Shown: positions 1 through 10,207, numbered from the stretch's first letter. The stretch is 64,000 nt of DNA from an uncultured Eubacteriales bacterium (GCA_900542675.1 UQOT01000002.1:11286-75285), one strand, 5' to 3'. Notes: generated from the letters alone by a model not told the origin. Translations and numbers: made by a program.

Positions 1-608
1 CCGTGACCGTAACCCGTTCCGCCCTCGGCGACAATCGCATAATAGTATCCGTCTTTTTTCATTATATGAGGCCCCTCAGAGCACCTCTCACCCGTGCCCG
101 CCCACGCCACGCGCGGAGGAGAAATAATTTCGGAAAAATCATCGCTTAGCTCTCGCACGGTCACCGCCTTTGCGGTAACCATATACTTTCTGCCGTCATC
201 ATCGACGAACAGAGACGGGTCAATCGAGTTTGCGTCAAGCCATACCGGCTTTGAATACGGTCCGCCCGGTTTTTTCGACTTCATAATAAGCTGCTGCCGT
301 GCAGCATAGCCTGTATTATCCTCTCTGTCGTTAAGCCGCATTGTTGCAGTAACATAAAACTCATCGTTATAATAAAAAATATCCGGAGCCCATATTCCGT
401 GCGAGTCCTTAATTTCGGATAAATCGAGGTATTCAGGCTCGGCAATCGCGTGACCGATTATCTCCCAATGAATTAAATCCCTCGAATGAGATATAGGAAT
501 ACACGGAAAGTACTGAAACGACGAATTGACCATATAATAATCCTCACCGACACGAATAACCGACGGGTCGGGAAAAAATCCTCTGTGAACAGGATTTCGA
601 TACAGCAT
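1..608 (-). CDS. Glycoside hydrolase family 43 (beta-xylosidase/arabinofuranosidase), 3' end runs out of the window
   Basis: Manual translation from ATG at 608 (RBS GGAGG): MLYRNPVHRGFFPDPSVIRVGEDYYMVNSSFQYFPCIPISHSRDLIHWE, later WAPDI and EGPHI motifs typical of GH43. Not in the ORF track because it is truncated. Confidence 0.9.
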   Translation of the reverse strand, partial: MLYRNPVHRGFFPDPSVIRVGEDYYMVNSSFQYFPCIPISHSRDLIHWEIIGHAIAEPEYLDLSEIKDSHGIWAPDIFYYNDEFYVTATMRLNDREDNTGYAARQQLIMKSKKPGGPYSKPVWLDANSIDPSLFVDDDGRKYMVTAKAVTVRELSDDFSEIISPPRVAWAGTGERCSEGPHIMKKDGYYYAIVAEGGTGYGH

Positions 609-731
609 AAGCCCTCCAAATTCAAACACAAATTTAGGTATAATTCTAACACATAATAAACGTCAATTCAAGATAATAAATAACCAAATTTTTGATTGAA
701 CACCACTAAACTGTCATTATAATCTGACAGC

Positions 732-1043
732 CTATTCGTTATTCGCCTGATTTAGGCCGTCTATAAGCCCCTGTGTGTATACTGCACGAAGATCAATCCA
801 ATCGGTATCAAGGCGAATTCTGAGATACTCAGCAATAAGCTTGCACTCATCATAAGTAAATTCCGAAGGCTTAAACTCAGATACAAGATGATATACCTTT
901 TCGCTTTTCCCGTATATCTCGTGAATTCTGCGCAGGTACTCTTTGTACGCCTTATCATTTTGGATAAAAGCACTGACTATTTCATCAATACGATCATCAA
1001 TCGACCTTTCCGCAAATACGTTAAGCAAATCCATCATTTCCAT
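732..1043 (-). CDS. Small helical hypothetical protein (DUF6664/DUF6809-like)
   Basis: GGAGGT RBS at 1051-1056 before ATG 1043; C-terminal YxQGLxD motif recalls small Firmicutes accessory proteins (family tentative). Confidence 0.6.
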   Translation of the reverse strand: MEMMDLLNVFAERSIDDRIDEIVSAFIQNDKAYKEYLRRIHEIYGKSEKVYHLVSEFKPSEFTYDECKLIAEYLRIRLDTDWIDLRAVYTQGLIDGLNQANNE

Positions 1044-1059
1044 AATAAATACCTCCAAT

Positions 1060-1205
1060 AAAAAAGTGCACGGATTGAACCGTGCACAAAAAACGCGGCC
1101 AAACTCGTGTTGCTAAAACAACCTATTGGTAAAGGAATATCACGAATAAGCCCAACGTTTTTTACTAAACGTAAAGCCTTTACCAATATTCAGTTGTTTT
1201 AGCAA
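1060..1205 (-). promoter_or_regulatory. Structured 5' leader ending in an intrinsic terminator just before the RBS (attenuator-like)
   Basis: Inverted arms 1110-1122/1193-1205 and 1124-1135/1177-1188; hairpin GTGCACGG/CCGTGCAC (1066-1087) followed by a U-tract on the minus strand. Confidence 0.65.
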
Positions 1206-1210
1206 GAAAT

Positions 1211-1239
1211 AATATACCACAAAAACCGAGAACTGTCAA
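1211..1239 (-). promoter_or_regulatory. Sigma-A-type promoter
   Basis: TTGACA (1234-1239), 17-nt spacer, TGnTATATT (hexamer 1211-1216). Confidence 0.7.
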
Positions 1240-1351
1240 CATAAAACCCGCACCGCTTTAGCGGAATGAAGTAAACGAAAGTATTGACTTAAAAAGGCGC
1301 CCGTAGAGGGGCTTTTAAACTGTGCAATATTTATTGTGTTAATCATAATCA

Positions 1352-1468
1352 CAAAAAAATAACGCCCACGGCTAAATGAAGCGTTATTCTGACAATTTAT
1401 TTGGCATAACCGTTTGAGGTCTTACCTCTTTCTGTTATTATTATACTATGTATTCACTCAGTTGTCAA
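1352..1468 (-). ncRNA. Candidate small RNA of about 80 nt with its own promoter and terminator
   Basis: TTGACA(1463-1468)-17-TATAAT(1440-1445); terminator stem AATAACGC/GCGTTATT (1358-1388) with U-tract; only a 7-codon ORF inside. Confidence 0.5.
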
Positions 1469-1517
1469 CTAAAAATTAGTGTTTTCATTATTATTCGTGT
1501 AGGTTTGTCAATAAACT

Positions 1518-1543
1518 AAGAGGAACGCCCTCGCGTTCCTCTT
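1518..1543 (-). terminator. Hairpin after ptsI
   Basis: AAGAGGAACGC/GCGTTCCTCTT inverted repeat just after the ptsI stop. Confidence 0.65.
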
Positions 1544-1551
1544 TACTATAA

Positions 1552-3258
1552 TTATTTTGCGTGTTTAGTCAGGACTTCGCGGATTTCTTCTTCGGTGGCA
1601 CAGGCGAGCGCCTCGTTTGCTACCTTATCGGCTTCCGCCTTGCTCCACAGCGACAGGGTGCGCCGCGTCTTTAGTACCGACGACGGGCTGACGCTGTATT
1701 CACTAAGCCCGAAGGATATCAGAAGCGGTGCAAGCAGTGGGTCTGCCGCCGCCTCTCCGCACATTCCAACCTTCTTTCCCTCTGCAAGGCCGCACTCTAT
1801 TATGCGCTTTATACTGCGGATTACCGATAAATTGTATGCCGAATATAGATACGCCACCTTGGAATTGCCTCTGTCAACCGCCATTGTATAACCGGTCAAA
1901 TCGTTTGTGCCGATACTGAAAAAGTCGGCTTCCTTCGCAAGAATATCCGCGATAACCGCTGCGGCGGGAGTCTCTATCATAACCCCGACCTCGATATTCT
2001 TATTATATTCCTTGCCCTCGGCGTCCAAATCCTTCATTATGGACTTAATCATCGCCTTGACCGCTCTCAGCTCATCGACGCAGGTCACAAGCGGAATCAT
2101 AATCTTTATATCGCCGTACGCACCGGCGCGGAGCAGCGCCCTAAGCTGCGTCTTGTAAAGCTCTGTATGAGCGACACAATATCTGACCGCCCTAAAGCCC
2201 ATAAAAGGATTTTCTTCCTTTTCCATATTTAAGTACGGAATATCTTTGTCGCCGCCGACGTCAAGCGTGCGGATTATAACAGGCTTGCCCTTCATAGTCA
2301 TTGCCGCCTTCTTATATGCCTCAAACTGCGTTTCTTCATCGGGAGCTTCGCTTGAATTCATATACAGGAACTCAGTTCTGAAAAGTCCGATGCCTTCACC
2401 GCTGTTTTCAACTACTGCAGCGCAGTCCTCCGGGTTTCCTATATTGCAGACAAGCTCTACCTCGCCGCCATCCGCCGTAACAGTCGGCTTATCCTTAAAT
2501 TTGAGAAGCTCACGCTTTTCATTATCATATTTTTTCTTAAACGCGGTATATTTATCCTGCTCCTCCGCAGAGGGGCCAACAATCACCTCGCCGCGTGTGC
2601 CGTCGACAATAAGGCTGTCGCCGTCCTTAACCAGCTCCGTAAACCCGTCAATGCTCAGTACCGCGGGAATTTCAAGCGCACGCGCAAGTATTGCCGAGTG
2701 CGATGTTTTGCCGCCCGTTTCGGCAACTATAGCGACAACGTTCTGCTTGTTTATCCCTGCCGTCATTGACGGAGTGAGGTCGTGCGCAACAATGACGCTG
2801 TCCGGAGGCAGTGCGCTGATATCCGTCTCCTCCGCACCGCAAAGGATAGCTGTCAGGCGCGTCTTTATATCCCTGATATCCGCCGCACGCTGCTTTGTAA
2901 GCTCATCATCCGTGCCCTCAAAAATCATTGCAAACATATCGAGGACCTCTGCCGACGCTGCCTCAGCAGTCAGTCCCCCGCCTATTTTGTTCCTGATTTC
3001 ATCTGTCATAGACGGATCGCTTATCATAAGTATATGACCCATAAGGATTTCAGACTCTTTTTCGCCCACATTTTCACGCATTGCGTCCGCCATTACAGTC
3101 GTCTTTTCGACAAACGCGCCGACCGCCGCGTCAAATCTTGCGGTCTCCTCTGCGGCGCTCAGAGAGGATTTTTCTTCCCATTCCGCGCCGCCGCTTTTTA
3201 TAATAAATGCCTTTCCTATGCCTATTCCGTCAGAACCGGCAATACCGGATTTAAACAT
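1552..3258 (-). CDS. ptsI: Phosphoenolpyruvate-protein phosphotransferase (PTS enzyme I)
   Basis: GGKTSHSAILARAL phospho-His motif, GIGLFRTE, DFFSIGTNDL, GMCGE. Confidence 0.97.
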   Translation of the reverse strand: MFKSGIAGSDGIGIGKAFIIKSGGAEWEEKSSLSAAEETARFDAAVGAFVEKTTVMADAMRENVGEKESEILMGHILMISDPSMTDEIRNKIGGGLTAEAASAEVLDMFAMIFEGTDDELTKQRAADIRDIKTRLTAILCGAEETDISALPPDSVIVAHDLTPSMTAGINKQNVVAIVAETGGKTSHSAILARALEIPAVLSIDGFTELVKDGDSLIVDGTRGEVIVGPSAEEQDKYTAFKKKYDNEKRELLKFKDKPTVTADGGEVELVCNIGNPEDCAAVVENSGEGIGLFRTEFLYMNSSEAPDEETQFEAYKKAAMTMKGKPVIIRTLDVGGDKDIPYLNMEKEENPFMGFRAVRYCVAHTELYKTQLRALLRAGAYGDIKIMIPLVTCVDELRAVKAMIKSIMKDLDAEGKEYNKNIEVGVMIETPAAAVIADILAKEADFFSIGTNDLTGYTMAVDRGNSKVAYLYSAYNLSVIRSIKRIIECGLAEGKKVGMCGEAAADPLLAPLLISFGLSEYSVSPSSVLKTRRTLSLWSKAEADKVANEALACATEEEIREVLTKHAK

Positions 3259-3285
3259 ATTTTCACCCACAATCTAAGATATATG

Positions 3286-3537
3286 TTATTCCTGAACGAG
3301 TTCGACCGCCTTGTCAAGAGCCGCCTGCTCATCCGTGCCGCTGCATTTGATTTCAATCTCGCTTCCGCACTTTATGCACGCTGCAATAACATTCATAATA
3401 CTTTTGCCGTTAAACTCCTTGCCGCCGAACACGATAGTCACGTCAGATTCAAACTTTGACATTTCCTTAGTGAATACGCCTGCCGGTCTCATATGCAGAC
3501 CCTCGGGATTTGTTACGTTAACATTTTTCGATACCAT
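3286..3537 (-). CDS. ptsH: Phosphocarrier protein HPr
   Basis: GLHMRPA (His15) and KSIM (Ser46) motifs, 83 aa. Confidence 0.95.
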   Translation of the reverse strand: MVSKNVNVTNPEGLHMRPAGVFTKEMSKFESDVTIVFGGKEFNGKSIMNVIAACIKCGSEIEIKCSGTDEQAALDKAVELVQE

Positions 3538-3568
3538 ATTTAAGCACTCCTTTTTTAATAAAATTTTC

Positions 3569-5488
3569 TTAATATTTCTTAGGCTTTAAAATCGCGAGCA
3601 GAGCCATTCCCACAAGCGAACCTACAGCAAGCGCGATTAAGTAGCCCAAAACATTTCCGACAACCGGAAAGACGAATATTCCGCCGTGAGGCGCCATAAG
3701 CGTACAGCCGAATGCCATAGAAAGCGCTCCCGAAACCGCACTGCCTGCAATACAGGACGGGATTACGCGGAGCGGGTCAGCCGCCGCATACGGTATAGCG
3801 CCCTCGCTGATAAAACACAGACCCATAATGTAGTTGACTATACCCGACTTTCTCTCAGCAGGTGTGAACCTGTTCTTAAAGAACGTAGTTGCCAGCGCAA
3901 CCGCAAGCGGAGGAACCATACCGCCGACCATAACGGCTGCCATTATATCATAGTTACCCTCTGCAATCGCCGCCGTGCCGAATACATACGCCGCCTTGTT
4001 GAACGGACCGCCCATATCAATCGACATCATTCCGCCGAGGACAAAACCGAGTACAATCTTGCTCGCGCCGTTCATAGCGTGCAGTCCGTTATTGAGTGCG
4101 GTATTGAGCCACGCAATAATCGGATTGAATATACACATTATAATGCCAATAAAGAGTATTCCCAAAAGCGGATAAAGCAATACGGGTTTAATTCCCTCAA
4201 GACTCTGCGGCAGCTTTGAAAACAGCTTTTCGAGTCCAAGCGTTATATATCCGCCGACAAATCCGGCGAACAATGCGCCCAAAAATCCTGCCGATACTCC
4301 GCCCGCAGGCTCCATAAACGTCATACCCGAAACCGCAAGCGCACCTCCGACAAATCCGACCGCAAGTCCCGGTCTGTCCGCGATACTCATTGCTATAAAG
4401 CCCGCAAGTATCGGAAGCATAAATCCGAACGCTGCATTTCCGACCGTCTTAAAGAACGCCGCTACGGGAGTGTTCATACCGAAGTTGCTCGGGTCAATCG
4501 AATAGTCGTCAAGCAGAAACGCAAGTGCAATCAATATTCCGCCGCCGGTTACAAACGGGAGCATATGCGAAACACCGTTCATCAGGTGCTTATAAATCGT
4601 ATGACCTATGCCGTCCGAACTCTTCTCATCCGATGCCACTGCTGCGCCGCCCTTGTGACTGTATACGCCCGCCTTTTTGTCGATAATTCTCTGTATAAGC
4701 TCGTTCGGCTTATGAATACCGTCCGCAACCTTTGTCTGAACTATCGGCTTACCGTCAAATCTCCCCATTTCAACATTTTTGTCGGCGGCGATAATTACGC
4801 CGTCGGCTTCGGCAATCTCAGCCTTGGTCAGTACGTTCTTCGCACCGCCGCTGCCGTTTGTCTCGACTTTTATCGTAACGCCCATTTCTGACGCCGCCTT
4901 TTCAAGCGCTTCCGCTGCCATAAACGTATGCGCAATTCCTGTCGGGCACGCTGTAACCGCAACAATTTTTATAGACTTTGCAGACGAATTATTTGCCTTA
5001 GCCGGTTTTTCCTCATTGCTGTCGCCGTACTTCTTCTCCTCCTGCTCATCAATCAGCTTTAAAAATTCCTTTGGCGCCTTCGCCGCAAGCAGTTTTGCGC
5101 GGAAGTCCTCGTCCATAAGCATAACGGTCAGCCTTGACAGCACCTCAAGATGTGTATCGCCGCCCGCCTTCGGCGCCGCAATCATAAATATAAGGTTTGA
5201 CTTCCCGCCGTCCATCGCCTCAAGGTCAATTCCCGCAGGTACGGTTACCGCCGCAAGACCCGGTGTTTTAACAGCCGCGCTCTTTGCGTGCGGGATAGCG
5301 ACTCCGTCGCCTATAGCCGTCGGTCCCTCTGCGTCACGGGCAAAAATGTCTTTTCTGTACTGCGCCTTATCACTGAGGTTTCCGTTCTTGTTATGCAATT
5401 CTATCAGCTTGTCGTAAAGCGCTTCCTTTGACCTCGCCGCAATATTGAGCTGCACGGCGTTTTCATTTAGCAAATCAATAACTTTCAT
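3569..5488 (-). CDS. fruA: PTS fructose-specific EIIABC
   Basis: IIA GVAIPH, IIB VTACPTGIAHT, IIC KHLMNGVSHMLP and DMGGPFNK. Confidence 0.95.
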   Translation of the reverse strand: MKVIDLLNENAVQLNIAARSKEALYDKLIELHNKNGNLSDKAQYRKDIFARDAEGPTAIGDGVAIPHAKSAAVKTPGLAAVTVPAGIDLEAMDGGKSNLIFMIAAPKAGGDTHLEVLSRLTVMLMDEDFRAKLLAAKAPKEFLKLIDEQEEKKYGDSNEEKPAKANNSSAKSIKIVAVTACPTGIAHTFMAAEALEKAASEMGVTIKVETNGSGGAKNVLTKAEIAEADGVIIAADKNVEMGRFDGKPIVQTKVADGIHKPNELIQRIIDKKAGVYSHKGGAAVASDEKSSDGIGHTIYKHLMNGVSHMLPFVTGGGILIALAFLLDDYSIDPSNFGMNTPVAAFFKTVGNAAFGFMLPILAGFIAMSIADRPGLAVGFVGGALAVSGMTFMEPAGGVSAGFLGALFAGFVGGYITLGLEKLFSKLPQSLEGIKPVLLYPLLGILFIGIIMCIFNPIIAWLNTALNNGLHAMNGASKIVLGFVLGGMMSIDMGGPFNKAAYVFGTAAIAEGNYDIMAAVMVGGMVPPLAVALATTFFKNRFTPAERKSGIVNYIMGLCFISEGAIPYAAADPLRVIPSCIAGSAVSGALSMAFGCTLMAPHGGIFVFPVVGNVLGYLIALAVGSLVGMALLAILKPKKY

Positions 5489-5509
5489 GACGTGTTCTCC
5501 TTTTCTAAT

Positions 5510-6412
5510 TTATATTGAATTATATAATTTATTAATCAAATCAGCTTCCGCAAGCCCTGCCGAAAACGCTGTCGCGCTTCCGCACGCGGTCCCGAGGCGC
5601 AGCGCCTCTTTATAATCCCCGGTGCGCAGGTAACCTGTCAAAAATCCCGCTACCATAGAATCACCCGCGCCGACTGAATTAACTACCTTGCCGTCGGGCA
5701 CTCCCATCTCTATAACCTCACCTGTCTCAGCGACAAGTATCGCTCCGTCGCCCGCGCGGGATACAAGAACATTTCTTGCACCGCGCTCCTGAAGCTTTTG
5801 CGCGTATTTTATGATATCGTCTCTGTCTGTAATTTCTACGCCGAAAATCTCGCCCAGCTCGTGATTGTTCGGCTTAATTAAAAACGGCTTAAATTTAAGC
5901 ACATTCACAAGCAAATCGCCCGTTGCGTCAACAACTGTGCGAACGCCCTTTCCGTCAATTAGCTTCATAATTCCTTCATATATATTATCGGGCAGACTGC
6001 TCGGTATGCTTCCCGCAAGAACCAGAATATCATCCTGTTCCAAATGCTCAATTCTGTAAAACAGTTTACTGAGAGCCTCGGGCGAAATCTCAGGTCCCTG
6101 CGCGTTGATGTCGGTCTCCTCGCCGCCTTTTATTTTCACATTAATACGGCTTATTCCACGGTCAAGCACAATCAGCCACGTCTTGATGCCGATTTCTTTA
6201 AGGTGCTTTTCAATCGCTTCACCGGTAAAGCCGGCGATAAACCCGAGAACTGTGCTCTCAACCTCCAAATTATTCAGCACAGTCGACACGTTAATTCCCT
6301 TGCCGCCGAAGAATACCTCTTCGCTCTCGGTTCGGTTTACGCTGCCCGGCACGACTCTGTCCATATGAATAACATAATCTATTGCCGGGTTAAAAGTGAC
6401 GGTGTAAATCAT
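5510..6412 (-). CDS. fruK: 1-phosphofructokinase (PfkB family)
   Basis: MIYTVTFNPAID, GGKGINVS, VGAGDS; between DeoR regulator and fruA. Confidence 0.95.
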   Translation of the reverse strand: MIYTVTFNPAIDYVIHMDRVVPGSVNRTESEEVFFGGKGINVSTVLNNLEVESTVLGFIAGFTGEAIEKHLKEIGIKTWLIVLDRGISRINVKIKGGEETDINAQGPEISPEALSKLFYRIEHLEQDDILVLAGSIPSSLPDNIYEGIMKLIDGKGVRTVVDATGDLLVNVLKFKPFLIKPNNHELGEIFGVEITDRDDIIKYAQKLQERGARNVLVSRAGDGAILVAETGEVIEMGVPDGKVVNSVGAGDSMVAGFLTGYLRTGDYKEALRLGTACGSATAFSAGLAEADLINKLYNSI

Positions 6413-7161
6413 ACCATAACCTCCTTAACAACCGTATGCTCCCGATACTCGGGGTTTTTCAGTTCATCTGTTATAATGCAGCATTGTTTAAGCTCGGCGA
6501 ATGTGACCGCCGACATTATGTCAAACTTGCTGCTGTCCGCCAATATATAAGTAACAAATGAATTTCTTATCGCCTCGGTCTTTAGCCGTGCCTCCTCAAT
6601 ATCGGGAGTCGTAAAGCCCTCCGGCAGATTAATTCCGTTTGTTCCGATAAACGCCTTGGTAAAATTATACTTTTTTATGTTATTAATGCTGTCCGAACCG
6701 ACAACAGCCTCCGTCCCCGGCTTAATCAACCCGCCGAGAATGTATGTTTTAAGCCCTCTGCGGATAAGCGCACGTGCCTGAACTATTCCGTTTGTGACAA
6801 ATGTCGCCTTAACTCCGCTCGGTATATAGTCAATCAGCGCAGCCGTTGTGGTACCCGCATCAATAAAGACAAAATCGGTATTCTGGATATATCCTGCCGC
6901 CGTCCTGCCGATTGCCGCCTTTTCAGCCACATTTAAAGCCGCTTTGGTGTCAAAATCCGGCTCGTTTATGCTTATCTGCTCACTCACTGCAGTCGCTCCG
7001 CCGTGAACCTTTTTAAGCCTGCCCATTCGGTCAAGGCTCGTAAGGTCGCGCCTTATAGTAGACTCAGACGTATCAAGCATATGCGCAAGCTCAGTCACAG
7101 TCGCAGACCCCTGAACCCTAAGCAAATTTACTATTCTGTCGTGTCTCTCTTCCGTCAGCAT
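6409..7161 (-). CDS. fruR: DeoR-family fructose operon repressor
   Basis: SESTIRRDL HTH, VHGGA, IDAGTT; ATG at 7161 after GGGAGG. Confidence 0.9.
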   Translation of the reverse strand: MLTEERHDRIVNLLRVQGSATVTELAHMLDTSESTIRRDLTSLDRMGRLKKVHGGATAVSEQISINEPDFDTKAALNVAEKAAIGRTAAGYIQNTDFVFIDAGTTTAALIDYIPSGVKATFVTNGIVQARALIRRGLKTYILGGLIKPGTEAVVGSDSINNIKKYNFTKAFIGTNGINLPEGFTTPDIEEARLKTEAIRNSFVTYILADSSKFDIMSAVTFAELKQCCIITDELKNPEYREHTVVKEVMV

Positions 7162-7214
7162 ATCATATCCTCCCAATGCCGCCTGACTTATTGTCTCTTT
7201 TTATTTACAATGCT

Positions 7215-7280
7215 ATAATACCACCATTTATGCTCATTGTCAATCATTTTTAATCATAAATAATCAATAATAGTCATTTT
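7215..7280 (-). promoter_or_regulatory. fru promoter with FruR-type 10-bp tandem operator repeats
   Basis: TTGACA(7238-7243)-17-TATTAT(7215-7220); TGA(T/C)T repeated every 10 bp at 7242, 7252, 7262, 7272. Confidence 0.7.
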
Positions 7281-7396
7281 TGTTCAACACCAACAATAAT
7301 ATACCCTATCACTGAGAAAAAGATACGCGGAATTTGTGCAATTTTATTAAACACGAAAAAAGACACCTGAAACACAAAGCTTCAAGTGTCTTAAAG

Positions 7397-7472
7397 TGGA
7401 GCCGATAAGCAGAATCGAACTGCTGACCTATTCATTACGAGTGAATCGCTCTACCATCTGAGCTATATCGGC
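7397..7472 (-). tRNA. tRNA-Thr (anticodon CGT)
   Basis: GCCGATATAGCTCAGATGGTAGAGCG-ATTCA-CTCGTAA-TGAAT-AGGTCAGCAGTTCGATTCTGCTTATCGGCTCCA, 76 nt with encoded CCA; own TTGACA-17-TATAAT promoter at 7487-7515. Confidence 0.95.
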
Positions 7473-7600
7473 ACTCACAGATAGATATTATACACTATTA
7501 TTTGAAATTTGTCAAGAGCGACTTAGTCATATTTTCCGTAAAATTCGTCCGAAATGCGCACGCACGGGCGCATTTAACTAAGCGCTCGGCATAGCAAAAT

Positions 7601-7633
7601 AAAAATCCCTTCGGAAATACGAAGGGATTTTTT
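7601..7633 (-). terminator. Intrinsic terminator ending the ribosomal superoperon
   Basis: AAAAATCCCTTCG/CGAAGGGATTTTT hairpin after the rplQ stop. Confidence 0.8.
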
Positions 7634-7644
7634 GATGCTCTTTA

Positions 7645-7986
7645 TTAAACAAGCTCAAGAATTGCAACCTCTGCTGCGTCGCCGCGGCGCGGGCCTATCT
7701 TGATTATTCTTGTGTATCCGCCGTTTCTGTCCGCGTACTTGGGCGCGATTTCGTCAAACAGCTTTGATACAACCTCTCTCTTTGTAATATATGAGAGCGC
7801 CTGTCTCTTTGTGTGAAGTGTGTTCTTCTTGCCGAGAGTAATCATTTTCTCAGCCATTCTTTTAACCTCTTTCGCTCTTGTTGTGGTGGTCTCTATCTTA
7901 CCGTTTTCCAAAAACGAAGTTGTGAGGTTTCTGAGCATAGCACGTCTGTGAGCGGTAGGTCTGCCCAGCTTTCTTTCCTGTGCCAT
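7645..7986 (-). CDS. rplQ: 50S ribosomal protein L17
   Basis: [32 protein letters not shown]. Confidence 0.98.
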   Translation of the reverse strand: MAQERKLGRPTAHRRAMLRNLTTSFLENGKIETTTTRAKEVKRMAEKMITLGKKNTLHTKRQALSYITKREVVSKLFDEIAPKYADRNGGYTRIIKIGPRRGDAAEVAILELV

Positions 7987-8017
7987 TTATTTCACCTCTT
8001 CCTGTAATCTTTTTGTT

Positions 8018-8965
8018 TTAGTCGTCGTTTGCAAGCCCGAGTCCCATACCGTCAAGCTTTGCAATTACTTCTTCAAGCGACTTGCGTCCAAGATTTCTGA
8101 CCTTCATCATATCTGTTTCGCTGCGTGTGGTCAAATCCTGAACCGTGTTGATACCCGCGCGCTTTAAGCAGTTGTAAGAACGTACCGACAAATCGAGCTC
8201 CTCAATAGTTGTCTCAAGTACCTTCTCCTTCTGGCCTTCTTCCTTCTCAACCATTATCTCAACGTTCTTAGTATCGTCCGAAAGGTCAATGAAGAGACTT
8301 AAATGCTCGCTTATAATCTTTGCCGCAAGGCTCACGGCTTCAGACGGAGCAATCGTTCCGTTTGTCCAGAGCTCAAGCGTCAGCTTATCATAATCAGTCA
8401 CATTTCCGACCCTTGTTTTTTCGGTAAAGTAATTTACCTTTTTTACCGGTGTGTATATCGAGTCGGTCGCAATAACACCAATCTGTCCCTGAATAAGCTC
8501 CTTATTCTGGTCGCACGAAACATATCCGCGGCCTCTGTCAATGTTGATTTCCATAAACAGCTTCGCATCGTCGTCGAGCGTTGCTATATGCAAATCCTCA
8601 TTGATAATCTCAACGTCCGCGTCATGCTTGATGTCGCGTGCTAGGATTTCGCCCGCTCCCTCCTGATTAATATAAATCGTCTTGGGTCCGTCGCCATGAA
8701 GCTTAATTGCAAGGTTCTTAATATTAAGTATTATCTCGGTAACGTCTTCTTTAACACCGGGAATAGTAGAAAACTCGTGTAAAACGCCATCTATCTTCAC
8801 GGAAGTTGAAGCAACACCCGGGAGCGATGACAAAAGCATTCTTCTCAGTGAATTACCGAGTGTTGTTCCATAGCCTCTTTCAAGAGGCTCTATAACGAAT
8901 TTTGCGTACTTGTCATCCTCCGATGATTCGATACACTCAATTCTTGGTTTTTCTATTTCAATCAT
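8018..8965 (-). CDS. rpoA: RNA polymerase alpha subunit
   Basis: [31 protein letters not shown]. Confidence 0.99.
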   Translation of the reverse strand: MIEIEKPRIECIESSEDDKYAKFVIEPLERGYGTTLGNSLRRMLLSSLPGVASTSVKIDGVLHEFSTIPGVKEDVTEIILNIKNLAIKLHGDGPKTIYINQEGAGEILARDIKHDADVEIINEDLHIATLDDDAKLFMEINIDRGRGYVSCDQNKELIQGQIGVIATDSIYTPVKKVNYFTEKTRVGNVTDYDKLTLELWTNGTIAPSEAVSLAAKIISEHLSLFIDLSDDTKNVEIMVEKEEGQKEKVLETTIEELDLSVRSYNCLKRAGINTVQDLTTRSETDMMKVRNLGRKSLEEVIAKLDGMGLGLANDD

Positions 8966-9006
8966 TGTAAAGACCTCCTATGAATTAGGATTGTAGGCGC
9001 AGCCTA

Positions 9007-9600
9007 CTATTTGCTGTAATACTCGACAATCATATGCTCCTCAACCGGGAAGTCTATATCTTCTCTGTCTGCAAGCGCAATAATCTTACCTTCGCAGGTA
9101 TCCTTGTTCATATCTATCCACTTCGGAACCAGTCTGTTTGAATTTCTCTCAATAATATCCTTCATTCTGTCAGCGTTTCTGCTGCTCTCCTTAAGACTGA
9201 TAACCTCGCCGGGCTTTACAAGATACGACGGAATGTTAACTCTCTTGCCGTTTACTGTAACGTGACCGTGGTTAACAATCTGTCTTGCTTCACGTCTTGT
9301 GTTGGCAAGACCCATACGGAAAATTACGTTGTCAAGTCTCGACTCCAAAATCTGAAGCAGGCACTCACCCGTAACACCGTTCATCTTTGTTGCCATTACA
9401 TAATATTTAGCGAACTGTTTCTCAAGAACGCCGTATATAAATCTGACTTTCTGCTTTTCATTAAGCTGCATACCATACTCGCTCTGCTTCTTGCGTCTGG
9501 TATCGATGGTTCTGTTTGAACTCTTGTCAATACCCATTACAGACGGCTCGATACCGAGTGTGCGGCATCTTTTAAGCACAGGCTGCATATTTTTAGCCAT
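9007..9600 (-). CDS. rpsD: 30S ribosomal protein S4
   Basis: SEYGMQLNEKQK, LESRLDNV, ARQIVNHGH. Confidence 0.97.
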   Translation of the reverse strand: MAKNMQPVLKRCRTLGIEPSVMGIDKSSNRTIDTRRKKQSEYGMQLNEKQKVRFIYGVLEKQFAKYYVMATKMNGVTGECLLQILESRLDNVIFRMGLANTRREARQIVNHGHVTVNGKRVNIPSYLVKPGEVISLKESSRNADRMKDIIERNSNRLVPKWIDMNKDTCEGKIIALADREDIDFPVEEHMIVEYYSK

Positions 9601-9667
9601 TCTTTTATCCTCCTTACAATATCAAATCCCCCGCGCAGTATTCTGCGCGGCGTAACTTTAGAATAAA

Positions 9668-10060
9668 TTACACACGTCTTCTCTTCGGCGGTCTGCAGCC
9701 GTTGTGAGGAATAGGTGTAACGTCCTTAATCATATTGACCTCGAGTCCCGCAACCTGAAGCGCTCTTATTGCAGCTTCACGGCCTGCGCCCGGGCCCTTA
9801 ACGTAAACTTCAACTGTCTTTAAACCATGTTCCATTGCAGCTCTTGCTGCTGTCTCAGCAGCCATCTGTGCCGCGAACGGAGTGCTCTTTTTAGAACCTC
9901 TAAATCCAAGACCGCCTGCACTTGCCCACGAAATCGCGTTGCCGGCAACGTCTGTAATAGTAACAATGGTGTTATTGAATGTAGATTTGATATGTGCAGC
10001 GCCGCGCTCTATGTGCTTCTTCTCCTTGCGGCGTCTTGACTTCTTTACTACCTTTGCCAT
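9668..10060 (-). CDS. rpsK: 30S ribosomal protein S11
   Basis: [27 protein letters not shown]. Confidence 0.99.
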   Translation of the reverse strand: MAKVVKKSRRRKEKKHIERGAAHIKSTFNNTIVTITDVAGNAISWASAGGLGFRGSKKSTPFAAQMAAETAARAAMEHGLKTVEVYVKGPGAGREAAIRALQVAGLEVNMIKDVTPIPHNGCRPPKRRRV

Positions 10061-10207
10061 TGTGTTTTCACCTCCTGTTAGAATACGAAATCTTACAATA
10101 TCTTGTTATTGAAGAAAATTCAAATTAAATTAATGCCTGCCGAAAGCCCATAGACAGTCTTATACCGCCGAAAGCTTCCGAAGGGGTGCAATACAAAGAA
10201 AAAACTA

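Noticed and set aside
2246..3459. Long plus-strand ORFs opposite ptsI, and similar shadow ORFs opposite rplB, the ATPase, MATE, galU and glgB
   Set aside because: They lie antisense to well-supported genes and show no recognisable motifs.
7397..7472. tRNA-Thr as an occupied integration site
   Set aside because: No integrase nearby and no duplicate of the tRNA 3' end was noticed in the window.
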